DNA of 64,000 nucleotides, taken from the IMG/VR virus record IMGVR_UViG_3300029044_000314, positions 88,108 to 152,107 of that record; one strand, written 5' to 3'. Below are positions 57,058-64,000 of the stretch, piece after piece (position 1 is the stretch's first letter; each line of letters opens with the position of its first letter). The translations under genes and the position numbers were made by a program. The notes beneath the pieces were generated by a model. That model did no database searches. It was given only the letters and a program-made list of their open reading frames with translations, and had not been told where the DNA came from. Origin of the DNA: a virus.

Positions 57058-57092
57058 TGGAAGACTGCCGTTTCTATGCCTCCTTATTGTTC
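57058..57092 (+). repeat. copy 3 of the conserved ~35-bp motif
   Basis: aaattggattggaagactgccgtttctatgcctcc. Confidence 0.45.
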
Positions 57093-57121
57093 TATCGGAT
57101 TGTGTTTTGCGCTAATATCAT

Positions 57122-57144
57122 ATATACTGGAATTGTTCACACAG
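57122..57144 (+). promoter_or_regulatory. conserved 23-bp promoter-like motif
   Basis: tatactggaattgttcacacagt. Confidence 0.55.
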
Positions 57145-57174
57145 TAAGAAGTTGAATCCCAACAAGGAGAAAAA

Positions 57175-57429
57175 ATGAGCAACACCACCAAAGAAATCGA
57201 CTGGCACAACACCCTCCCCCAAAACTTGGAAGGCCACAAGTGCATCGCAGTCACCAAAACCGGCGAAACCATCGAAGGCATACTGGAATATCGCACGGCA
57301 CAACCCGACATGTACGTGAGAATCGATAGCCTCCACCTCCCCGGCGTCAAACCATGGGTTATTGTCAACCAATGCGAATCCGGCAACGAAATGGGCGAAG
57401 AATTCCAGTCCGTGAAAGTGTTCGCCTGA
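57175..57429 (+). CDS. hypothetical protein
   Basis: 84 aa after RBS acaaggagaaaaa. Confidence 0.45.
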   Translation: MSNTTKEIDWHNTLPQNLEGHKCIAVTKTGETIEGILEYRTAQPDMYVRIDSLHLPGVKPWVIVNQCESGNEMGEEFQSVKVFA

Positions 57430-57440
57430 AAGGTTCACGA

Positions 57441-57605
57441 ATGAGTAACCACGACTGGGTAGCAACCGACAGTCCCAATAAAAACAACACTCACAAGAAC
57501 AACCGTTCCACTCATAACGGATGGGACGCCGGTAGCGCTTGGAACCCGCAATCCAAGGAACGAAACGAATTCGGCATACGCAATACCGACTGGAGCAACG
57601 ACTAG
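57441..57605 (+). CDS. small hypothetical protein
   Basis: 54 aa, N/W-rich; weak support. Confidence 0.25.
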   Translation: MSNHDWVATDSPNKNNTHKNNRSTHNGWDAGSAWNPQSKERNEFGIRNTDWSND

Positions 57606-57642
57606 CCCCCACGTCAAAAAACGTTAGACCAAAAGGAGAAAA

Positions 57643-57972
57643 ATGGACAGCGGCTACTATGAGTATCTGACCAACTCAGCCAAAAACGACCCTGAACTGA
57701 ACGAGCACGACAAAGAGACCGTACTGGCGTTTCTGAAACGACTCGACGCCAACCCCGACAAGTATGCGGTAGCCCCAAGAACAATCGCATACTTGAATGA
57801 AGAATCTTTGGAATACGCTGACATTACAACCGAAACCCTTAAGAAGCTCGACATGAGCGCTACGCAACTGTTGGACGAATGGTGGGAAAACGTTTGGGGT
57901 AGCGCTACTATTGAGGACGATTGCCTTGAGGGACTAAACGAAGTTCTAGAACTTCACGGAGCCAGTGAATGA
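57643..57972 (+). CDS. acidic hypothetical protein
   Basis: 109 aa after RBS aaaaggagaaaa. Confidence 0.45.
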   Translation: MDSGYYEYLTNSAKNDPELNEHDKETVLAFLKRLDANPDKYAVAPRTIAYLNEESLEYADITTETLKKLDMSATQLLDEWWENVWGSATIEDDCLEGLNEVLELHGASE

Positions 57973-58023
57973 TACCAGAATGCCCGTGGAAAACGACTTC
58001 CACGGGTATTCTCGTCTCAATTT

Positions 58024-58254
58024 TTGGAAGGAGCGCGAATGCCCCATTACTTGTTGGACGCGGCTAATGACGCGACTGAACTCCCATCCGCAGACTTGGA
58101 TAACATCCAGTCGGTTCTGCGTACCATGCCTACTCTTGATTCGGAAGCGCCCGTGTTGGCTTGTGAGATTTTGGATGCTTGGGACGAGGATTGTAGGATT
58201 CTTCGCCGCCGTCCGAGGCTGGTGTTGTTGAATGTTGAAGAGCCTGAATTCTGA
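58024..58254 (+). CDS. hypothetical protein
   Basis: 76 aa after RBS ggaaggagcg. Confidence 0.35.
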   Translation: MEGARMPHYLLDAANDATELPSADLDNIQSVLRTMPTLDSEAPVLACEILDAWDEDCRILRRRPRLVLLNVEEPEF

Positions 58255-58299
58255 CTGTAGGGAGGCTGTTTTTCGCCTTCTGCACTACATCTGTTGTGT

Positions 58300-58323
58300 T
58301 AGAGTGAGATAGTTCACACCAAA
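58300..58323 (+). promoter_or_regulatory. degenerate copy of the 23-bp motif
   Basis: ttagagtgagatagttcacaccaa, upstream of 58336. Confidence 0.3.
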
Positions 58324-58335
58324 GAAGGAAAACCG

Positions 58336-58581
58336 ATGACCTTAAAAGAACTCCCCTACCAAGACGGAATTAACTGGAAGGAACTCGAAGGCAAGCCCGC
58401 AATTTTCAACTGGAACGGCAAACCCATGGCCGGAACCCTCTACTTGGACGGTTTCAGCAATCTCGCCGTTCGAGAACTGTCCGGCTATATGCCGGTTTTA
58501 TATGTTTGGCCGGATGATACGACTCATGTCAATGTCAAGTGTGTGACGGATTTTCATGTGTTCGAGTTCGTTGAGGATTAG
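58336..58581 (+). CDS. hypothetical protein
   Basis: 81 aa after RBS aagaaggaaaacc. Confidence 0.4.
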   Translation: MTLKELPYQDGINWKELEGKPAIFNWNGKPMAGTLYLDGFSNLAVRELSGYMPVLYVWPDDTTHVNVKCVTDFHVFEFVED

Positions 58582-59011
58582 TGTAGTTCGGGACGCTGAA
58601 ACTGCGGCTTCTATTCCTATTCCGGAGATAATCCGAACGTATTATCCCGGCTTTGATACGTGGTTCGACCGCACGGTTCTCCCCTCATTAGGGAAAGACC
58701 GTGCGATTCTTTTAGCCCGCACGGATGATGGGTTGGCGGGGTTTTGCGTTCTCAAGAGAACTTCGTCGGAACGGAAGATTTGCACTTTATGCGTTTACGA
58801 GGGCTTTCGGAATCGAGGAGTCGGTTCCGCTCTGGTCGAATATGCGTTGGGTTTGCTGTGCGAGCAGTTTCCTCTGGTGACGGTGCCGGAGGAACTGTTG
58901 CCGGTGTATGAGGGTTTCTTCCGTCGTTTTGGTTTTCGTTTGTCTGGCTCGCGTGTGGGTTTGTATCGGGGTGGGAAGAGGGAGTTCTTTTTTAATCGAA
59001 CGCTGGCTTAG
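58556..59011 (+). CDS. GNAT-family N-acetyltransferase
   Basis: Acetyl-CoA binding motif A region CVYEGFRNRGVGSALVEYAL; start codon uncertain (overlaps the previous gene). Confidence 0.55.
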   Translation: MCSSSLRISVVRDAETAASIPIPEIIRTYYPGFDTWFDRTVLPSLGKDRAILLARTDDGLAGFCVLKRTSSERKICTLCVYEGFRNRGVGSALVEYALGLLCEQFPLVTVPEELLPVYEGFFRRFGFRLSGSRVGLYRGGKREFFFNRTLA

Positions 59012-59044
59012 GTTTTCGTGTTGCGTTTTTCTACCCCCTTGTGT

Positions 59045-59067
59045 TATAGTGGGATTGTTCACAAAGA
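59045..59067 (+). promoter_or_regulatory. conserved 23-bp promoter-like motif (variant)
   Basis: tatagtgggattgttcacaaaga. Confidence 0.45.
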
Positions 59068-59093
59068 CAAAGACAACCAAAAAGGAGAACGCA

Positions 59094-59465
59094 TTGAATC
59101 AATCAACTGGCATCGGCAAACGAATCCTCTTCGATGACCACCCAACTCGCGCAGTATTCGACACCAAGGAACTGCCAACAGACGACTCCTATGCGCTCTA
59201 CCGCGTATACCTGCGTTCTTGGCAACGGCATTCCTGCCGACCGGGAACCGAGGATACTCCCATGTTCGACGTGATATGCCCTGCAAGATGGTGCCGTTGG
59301 ATTGCTCACGTCAGCATTCTGAACTATTTGGACGACATAAGCTGGTTGGCTTGGCCGGTGGAAGGTGGTGTCAGTTGGCAGCATAGGACAATCGACCCTT
59401 ATTCCGTCCACTATTCCACCGATACCCATATTCCGGTAATCGACTTGCGCGAAAGCGAAGAATAG
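59094..59465 (+). CDS. hypothetical protein (TTG start)
   Basis: RBS aaaaaggagaacg then TTG; 123 aa. Confidence 0.3.
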   Translation: MNQSTGIGKRILFDDHPTRAVFDTKELPTDDSYALYRVYLRSWQRHSCRPGTEDTPMFDVICPARWCRWIAHVSILNYLDDISWLAWPVEGGVSWQHRTIDPYSVHYSTDTHIPVIDLRESEE

Positions 59466-59473
59466 GAGAGAAC

Positions 59474-59869
59474 ATGTTCGACACTCAGAACACGCCTCGA
59501 TTCTCGACCATAGGCGTCACCTACACGAAGCATCAGAACAATGCGGCGCTTAGCATGAGTTCCGCCGAAGATTCGACCATGCGCCAACTGGGATTCACCG
59601 ACCACCGTGAGGGGTATTGGTACCTCTGCCGTTCAGTCTCCCCCGACCATGACATGACATTAAATGTCGAGATTGCCAAGGCCGGTAGCGACTGGCAGAT
59701 AGACGTGTTGGACGAGAACTTCTGCCAACCCTACGACTACCAGTATTTACTCAACGTGAACCCGACGTTGGATTATCCCAACAAGGTGGCTGACGAATGC
59801 GAGAAATGGTTCCGGAAACTATCCGAATGGGGTTTGCTGCACGGCTGGCATGAGGGAATGTACGTCTGA
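59474..59869 (+). CDS. hypothetical protein
   Basis: 131-aa ORF. Confidence 0.4.
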   Translation: MFDTQNTPRFSTIGVTYTKHQNNAALSMSSAEDSTMRQLGFTDHREGYWYLCRSVSPDHDMTLNVEIAKAGSDWQIDVLDENFCQPYDYQYLLNVNPTLDYPNKVADECEKWFRKLSEWGLLHGWHEGMYV

Positions 59870-59895
59870 AAAAACAGAAAGGAAAAACAAAAAAA

Positions 59896-60165
59896 ATGAG
59901 CATTCTCAACGAGGAACTGGAAGAACGGTATCCCATCGAGGAAGGCGATTGCATCACGCTCACACGGGAGCAGTTGTCGTTGCAGTTGCGTCGCGCATAC
60001 AAGGCGGGTGCGACCCGCGACTATAAGCGCACTCCGCACGGGCATACGGAACTGTTGAAGATTATCGGAACCCTTCAAGACTCCCACCTATTGCCTGATG
60101 GCACGGACTTCGAGGATGTCGTGAGAACAGTTCTGGACGGTCGCGTCAAGGCCATCACCAAATAG
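59896..60165 (+). CDS. hypothetical protein
   Basis: 89-aa ORF. Confidence 0.4.
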   Translation: MSILNEELEERYPIEEGDCITLTREQLSLQLRRAYKAGATRDYKRTPHGHTELLKIIGTLQDSHLLPDGTDFEDVVRTVLDGRVKAITK

Positions 60166-60169
60166 GCGT

Positions 60170-60192
60170 TATACTAGAAACGTCCACACATT
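60170..60192 (+). promoter_or_regulatory. conserved 23-bp promoter-like motif (variant)
   Basis: tatactagaaacgtccacacatt. Confidence 0.45.
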
Positions 60193-60215
60193 CACTTATC
60201 CAAGGAGACCACACC

Positions 60216-60800
60216 ATGAGCTGGGACAGATACCAAAGTCGAGACCCCAGAAGAATCGACCCAATGAAAACACCACTCTACGATTACGTGGTCTTGGATA
60301 CCGAAACCACCGGCTTCAAACCCGAAAACGGGGCTAAACTCATCGAAATCGGAGCCGTGAAAATCCACGGGGGAAAACTCGTAGACCGATACGAGCAACT
60401 TATTGACCCGCACCAGCATATCCCCGAACACATCACCTCCCTCACCGGAATCAACGACAGTATGGTCATCGGACAACCCGACGTAAGCCAAGCCATCATC
60501 CGATTCGACAAGTGGCTTGGCCCGCGAACCATCATTATGGCGCATAACGCGTCATTCGATTTAAGTTTCTTGGACGCGGCCATGAAAACCGTGAACGGTG
60601 GAATGTTCTTCTTTCCACACCGGTTTGTGGACACGTTGGAAATGAGTCGGAAAATCCATCCCGAAAAGCCAAGCCATAAGGTTGCCGTGCTTATCCGCGA
60701 CTATGGTATCGGTGACGTGGAAGAGCATCGCGCCTTGTCCGACGCGACTCAGGAAAACATGCTGTATGAAGCCATGCGCAGAGAGGAGTTTGGGTGCTAA
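60216..60800 (+). CDS. DnaQ-like (DEDDh) 3'-5' exonuclease
   Basis: Exo I VVLDTETTG, Exo II MAHNASFDLSFL, Exo III HRALSDA. Confidence 0.75.
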   Translation: MSWDRYQSRDPRRIDPMKTPLYDYVVLDTETTGFKPENGAKLIEIGAVKIHGGKLVDRYEQLIDPHQHIPEHITSLTGINDSMVIGQPDVSQAIIRFDKWLGPRTIIMAHNASFDLSFLDAAMKTVNGGMFFFPHRFVDTLEMSRKIHPEKPSHKVAVLIRDYGIGDVEEHRALSDATQENMLYEAMRREEFGC

Positions 60801-61058
60801 ATGGGATATGAGGACATGTTCAATCCCGAATGCAGGGACTATCTGAAATCACGCAAACCGTCGCAACGGGAGCAGGAGATAGCGAAGCTTGAGAAACAGG
60901 CCGACAAGAAGCATGACATGTATGGCAACAAAACCCTCTACGAAGTCTCAGGAGAGGTTGCGGCCATCTACGAAAGCCAGAAGGCGTTGCGCTTGAGGTT
61001 GGAAAGCATCGAGGAAAAACTGGACGAACTCTTAAGGACTCAGAAAGGACTGGGGTGA
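60801..61058 (+). CDS. hypothetical coiled-coil protein
   Basis: 85 aa, immediately follows the exonuclease gene. Confidence 0.4.
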   Translation: MGYEDMFNPECRDYLKSRKPSQREQEIAKLEKQADKKHDMYGNKTLYEVSGEVAAIYESQKALRLRLESIEEKLDELLRTQKGLG

Positions 61059-61624
61059 GAAACCTTCTTACATGCCCATGCTGTAACAGCATTCCCGAAT
61101 TTAAGTATCGGGCTAAATCTGAACTCCACTGCACTTGGGACGACGAGCAATATTTTCTGCCGAAAGGTTGGGGATACTCCCACTTTTGTCCAGTGGATAA
61201 TGGTTTGCAAACATCTGGCGGAGTCGGCTTCCAAACCTTGCACGACGCACAGCGCGACTGGAACTGTAAGGTTGGAAGTTTTCTCCGTAACCCGCTGAAC
61301 AGTTTCCACTCGTCCATCGAGACCGGTGCGGAACTGCTGACCGAATTAGATGATTGTTTCGTTGGGCAGCGAATTCAGCTTGGCGACCGGATATTATTGA
61401 GTCGGCGTTCTCTAACCGTTCGAGGTATCGTGCAGTTCATCCAACGGGACAGTGTTGGCGAAATCAGCGTCATCCTGCGGGATACGGACACCATCAAGTA
61501 TGTGATTTATTCGCCGGTCTGGGAGCGTCGGAAGTACATGTTCTCGTATTATATCGAAAGGCGAATGCATTGGATAAAAAAGCCGAAAGGCTCCTCTGCG
61601 ACGCGTACCATCGTGGACGCTTAG
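61055..61624 (+). CDS. hypothetical protein with N-terminal CPCC...C cluster
   Basis: 189 aa, ATGA-coupled to the previous gene; preferred over the overlapping alternative frame 61354..61713. Confidence 0.35.
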   Translation: MRNLLTCPCCNSIPEFKYRAKSELHCTWDDEQYFLPKGWGYSHFCPVDNGLQTSGGVGFQTLHDAQRDWNCKVGSFLRNPLNSFHSSIETGAELLTELDDCFVGQRIQLGDRILLSRRSLTVRGIVQFIQRDSVGEISVILRDTDTIKYVIYSPVWERRKYMFSYYIERRMHWIKKPKGSSATRTIVDA

Positions 61625-61724
61625 CGGAGATTGACGAAAACAATCAGGAAGCGGCTATGTTCCTTATGTGGAACAGTGGGCACAATATTGTGCTCGCTGT
61701 TTTTCTTTTTTAGGAGGAGCCGGA

Positions 61725-61985
61725 ATGTCCCAGCATAGCGACAAAAGCCACAAGAACAAGAAGGTCGTGGTCATTGAGAAGGTGCGGGACAAGTATGGTT
61801 CCGTCATCGCTTTGAAGGTTGTATTGTATCGTCGGCATGATAGTGAGAATGGGAAGGTTTGGGATATGAAGCGTTCTCATACGTTCAGTGCGGCTTTCAG
61901 TCGTCGTGCTTGTAGGGAACAGGCGAAGACGTTGGCTCGTCAGTGGGCCGATAAGTATGGTGCGAAGGTTGTGAAGAGGGGGTAG
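61725..61985 (+). CDS. basic hypothetical protein
   Basis: 86 aa after RBS taggaggagc. Confidence 0.4.
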   Translation: MSQHSDKSHKNKKVVVIEKVRDKYGSVIALKVVLYRRHDSENGKVWDMKRSHTFSAAFSRRACREQAKTLARQWADKYGAKVVKRG

Positions 61986-62018
61986 TTGCCCTCTTTAATG
62001 GTTTATGTTATACTGGGG

Positions 62019-62041
62019 GTGTTCACATAAAAAACCATTCC
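62019..62041 (+). promoter_or_regulatory. conserved 23-bp promoter-like motif (variant)
   Basis: tatactgggggtgttcacataaa. Confidence 0.45.
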
Positions 62042-62091
62042 AAAAAAGGAGAACACCATGAAAAAACATCGACCCATACGAACTCATGCAC

Positions 62092-62126
62092 GATTGGGAT
62101 TGGAATACTGCCGTATTACTACTTCC
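62092..62126 (+). repeat. copy 4 of the conserved ~35-bp motif
   Basis: gattgggattggaatactgccgtattactacttcc; lies inside a 26-codon mini-ORF (62058-62138) that follows RBS aaaaaggagaacacc. Confidence 0.45.
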
Positions 62127-62157
62127 TTTTGCTGAACAGTAAGAGGAGACGGACATC

Positions 62158-62784
62158 ATGCACAGCTTATACAAGACCGCAGGTAAATGCACTCTGAACC
62201 GAAGCAAAGTCCGCTACCCCAACAAAAGGGAAGCCCAACTCGCATTGGCTGTCATCAAAGGACGAGGAAATCCGAAACACACTGAGAAACGCGCATACCA
62301 TTGCCCTATCTGCAACGGATGGCATCTGACCAGCGCCGAAACCGTGAACGATACAGTCCTGTCCGGGAGCGTGCTCCAACACACCAATCCAGACGCGTTC
62401 GACACAGGAATGAAAGCGTTCCTCTCTGGTTCCAAACGCGGCAAATATTCCGCAAGCAAAGCCAGCCTGACCCGACGTGTCCGACATTTGCTCCACCTGT
62501 TCGCAGCCAACGATATTCCGAATGACTCTTGGGACAATCCATGGTTGTGGGCAACTCTTAGATTCCAAATCATGTGGAGGGGCGGAGACCAGAAGGCCGA
62601 ACAGCTTCTATCCACTTCGAAGAAAACGGTCAAAATGGCGGGCGACATGCTCACCAAAGACAAGGAGCCGTTCCTTCGCGTGGCTGAAACCCGGAAGGAA
62701 GCACAAAAATTACAGAATACACCACTACCGGCATGGTTGGCCGTCGCACTGATGGCCGACAAGGGAAAGGAGCAGAAAGTTTGA
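62158..62784 (+). CDS. hypothetical protein
   Basis: 208 aa; CPICNGWH Cys pair near the N-terminus. Confidence 0.4.
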   Translation: MHSLYKTAGKCTLNRSKVRYPNKREAQLALAVIKGRGNPKHTEKRAYHCPICNGWHLTSAETVNDTVLSGSVLQHTNPDAFDTGMKAFLSGSKRGKYSASKASLTRRVRHLLHLFAANDIPNDSWDNPWLWATLRFQIMWRGGDQKAEQLLSTSKKTVKMAGDMLTKDKEPFLRVAETRKEAQKLQNTPLPAWLAVALMADKGKEQKV

Positions 62785-62956
62785 ACGAAAACGAACTGAA
62801 AGAAAGGGCCGTCCACTCATTGCTCCAATCGAAGCTTGGTAAAGTCGCCCCGGCGGAAGCGTTTGTCATCGGATGGCGGAAAGGCTGGGACGAGGCTATC
62901 GACATGGCTTTGGAAATCGTTCGCAATGAACTCGATAAAGATGGCGAGAACGAATC

Positions 62957-63229
62957 GTGATTTGTTCCAAATACACGTGCATGTTGTGCGGAAGAGTCAC
63001 CGACTTGGACACCGGCTACAAGTACATCATCTCCGTCGTCCAAACAGGCGGTCACGGTCGATGCTCATACGCTCGAACATTGGTCATCTGCCAGCATTGC
63101 ATGCGCACGCATAAAACCGTCATGACCTTGCAACGCAAATCCTTGAATGAGGAAAACGTTCTTGAATTCCACAGGCCACCGAAAACCCGAAAAACGTCCA
63201 CCAAGAAAACCGGCGAGAAGAAAGGCTGA
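62957..63229 (+). CDS. Cys-rich (Zn-finger-like) basic protein
   Basis: 90 aa; CMLCGR...CQHCMRTH. Confidence 0.4.
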   Translation: MICSKYTCMLCGRVTDLDTGYKYIISVVQTGGHGRCSYARTLVICQHCMRTHKTVMTLQRKSLNEENVLEFHRPPKTRKTSTKKTGEKKG

Positions 63230-63237
63230 ACCGTTTT

Positions 63238-64000
63238 ATGGACACCAGTGAAAAGCAGATTATCGGAGAGAACGCCAAATACGTTTCCGACACCATCCCG
63301 CAGGAGACTAAGGATGGGCTTCGCGCCCATTTGAAGCCCGGATACGCCATGCCGGACGGCACCCATTATGCGACCGGCAAGGATTACACGGAGTTGATGC
63401 GCAATCTGCGCAACATCCAATACTGTGGCTGTCCGCTCTGCCACGACACGCAGTCTGGGCTGAAAACCATTCTCGCAACCAGCGGCATGACCGTCCGTGA
63501 GCTTGCCGAGGAAATCGCATGCGACGAATACGATTCGTATTCCGTTGACGAAATCCGCGACCTTGACCCGGAACAGTTGAAGCCGGTGGATGAGATTGTC
63601 GAGGATATCAACCGTTGGAGCCACGACCAGCGTGCGCTCGAACACGCTTCCTTCGGCACCGTCAGGCTTCTGTCCGTCTACTTGAACGTCAGTCTCGACC
63701 AGATGTACGACGAATTGGATTATCAGACGCTCATCTACACACCATGGGAGGAGGACTCCCACATTTACGGCTATGTGACGGTCATCCGTTACAAGGATGG
63801 AAAGTATGAGGTGGATGTTCCGGAATGCCGCTACCAGTGCGACGAAACGTATTGGAACGCGCGTCGCAAGATGGAAGAATCCAACACTCCCATCACGTTG
63901 GATGTTCTGCGTAGCGAACCGTGGAGCAAGGAGCATCGCACTCCCGTGGCATTGCCGGAACAGTATCGTGGCAAACAGTATCATCTGGGAGGTCATTCCA
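63238..64000 (+). CDS. hypothetical protein (3' partial, runs off the window)
   Basis: Open frame from the ATG at 63238 to the window end; no stop codon. Confidence 0.4.
   Translation, partial: MDTSEKQIIGENAKYVSDTIPQETKDGLRAHLKPGYAMPDGTHYATGKDYTELMRNLRNIQYCGCPLCHDTQSGLKTILATSGMTVRELAEEIACDEYDSYSVDEIRDLDPEQLKPVDEIVEDINRWSHDQRALEHASFGTVRLLSVYLNVSLDQMYDELDYQTLIYTPWEEDSHIYGYVTVIRYKDGKYEVDVPECRYQCDETYWNARRKMEESNTPITLDVLRSEPWSKEHRTPVALPEQYRGKQYHLGGHS

Noticed and set aside
61354-61713. Alternative-frame 119-aa ORF overlapping 61055..61624
   Set aside because: 61055 is ATGA-coupled to the upstream gene and continues the operon; the alternative ORF lacks an RBS and overlaps most of it.
1-64000. Scan for tRNA/rRNA genes and CRISPR arrays
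   Set aside because: No cloverleaf-compatible segments with conserved T-loop/GTTC context found by eye; no regular repeat-spacer arrays.

Overview
This 64-kb window looks like part of a large plasmid or ICE-type accessory element from a high-GC Gram-positive host; the codon usage, class C sortase/LPXTG pilus genes and intrinsic terminators are Bifidobacterium-like. The standout is a complete diversity-generating retroelement (DGR) at 40.9-44.1 kb: a secreted target protein with a C-terminal variable repeat (VR), a small accessory gene, a template repeat (TR) and a reverse transcriptase. It sits directly downstream of a sortase-dependent pilus locus. From left to right the window contains: (i) 0-6.7 kb, minus-strand small unknown genes preceded by a conserved 23-bp promoter-like motif, plus a membrane-anchored DUF1524/HNH-type nuclease; (ii) 6.9-9.8 kb, an iteron-type replicon: AT-rich tract, 3x10-bp and 3x21-bp direct repeats, a Rep initiator, and ParA with a small partner; (iii) 9.9-21 kb, a leftward operon of conjugation/T4SS-like genes: a 1343-aa polytopic VirB6/TrbL-like protein, small pilin-like membrane proteins, an 886-aa membrane-anchored P-loop translocase, and a CpaE/ParA-like ATPase; (iv) 21.0-21.8 kb, a strongly strand-skewed T/G-rich low-complexity divergent region; (v) 22.6-26.7 kb, a leftward operon with an AAA+ ATPase and a tandem pair of paralogous 113-aa proteins; (vi) 26.9-32.6 kb, a ParB/DGQHR-fold protein, a DnaB helicase, and a flotillin gene interrupted by an in-frame TGA; (vii) 32.8-40.9 kb, the pilus locus: LPXTG pilin, class C sortase, and a 1795-aa RCC1/CnaB-repeat adhesin; (viii) 40.9-44.1 kb, the DGR; (ix) 47.5-64 kb, an array of more than 25 small rightward genes (DUF2786-like, DnaQ-like exonuclease, GNAT, Zn-ribbon proteins, two HEAT-like paralogs). 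Each gene or gene pair in this array is preceded by the same 23-bp motif TATACTGGAATTGTTCACACAAA; there are at least 18 copies in the window. A second 35-bp motif is present in 4 copies. The array is interrupted by an IS200/IS605-family TnpB element.
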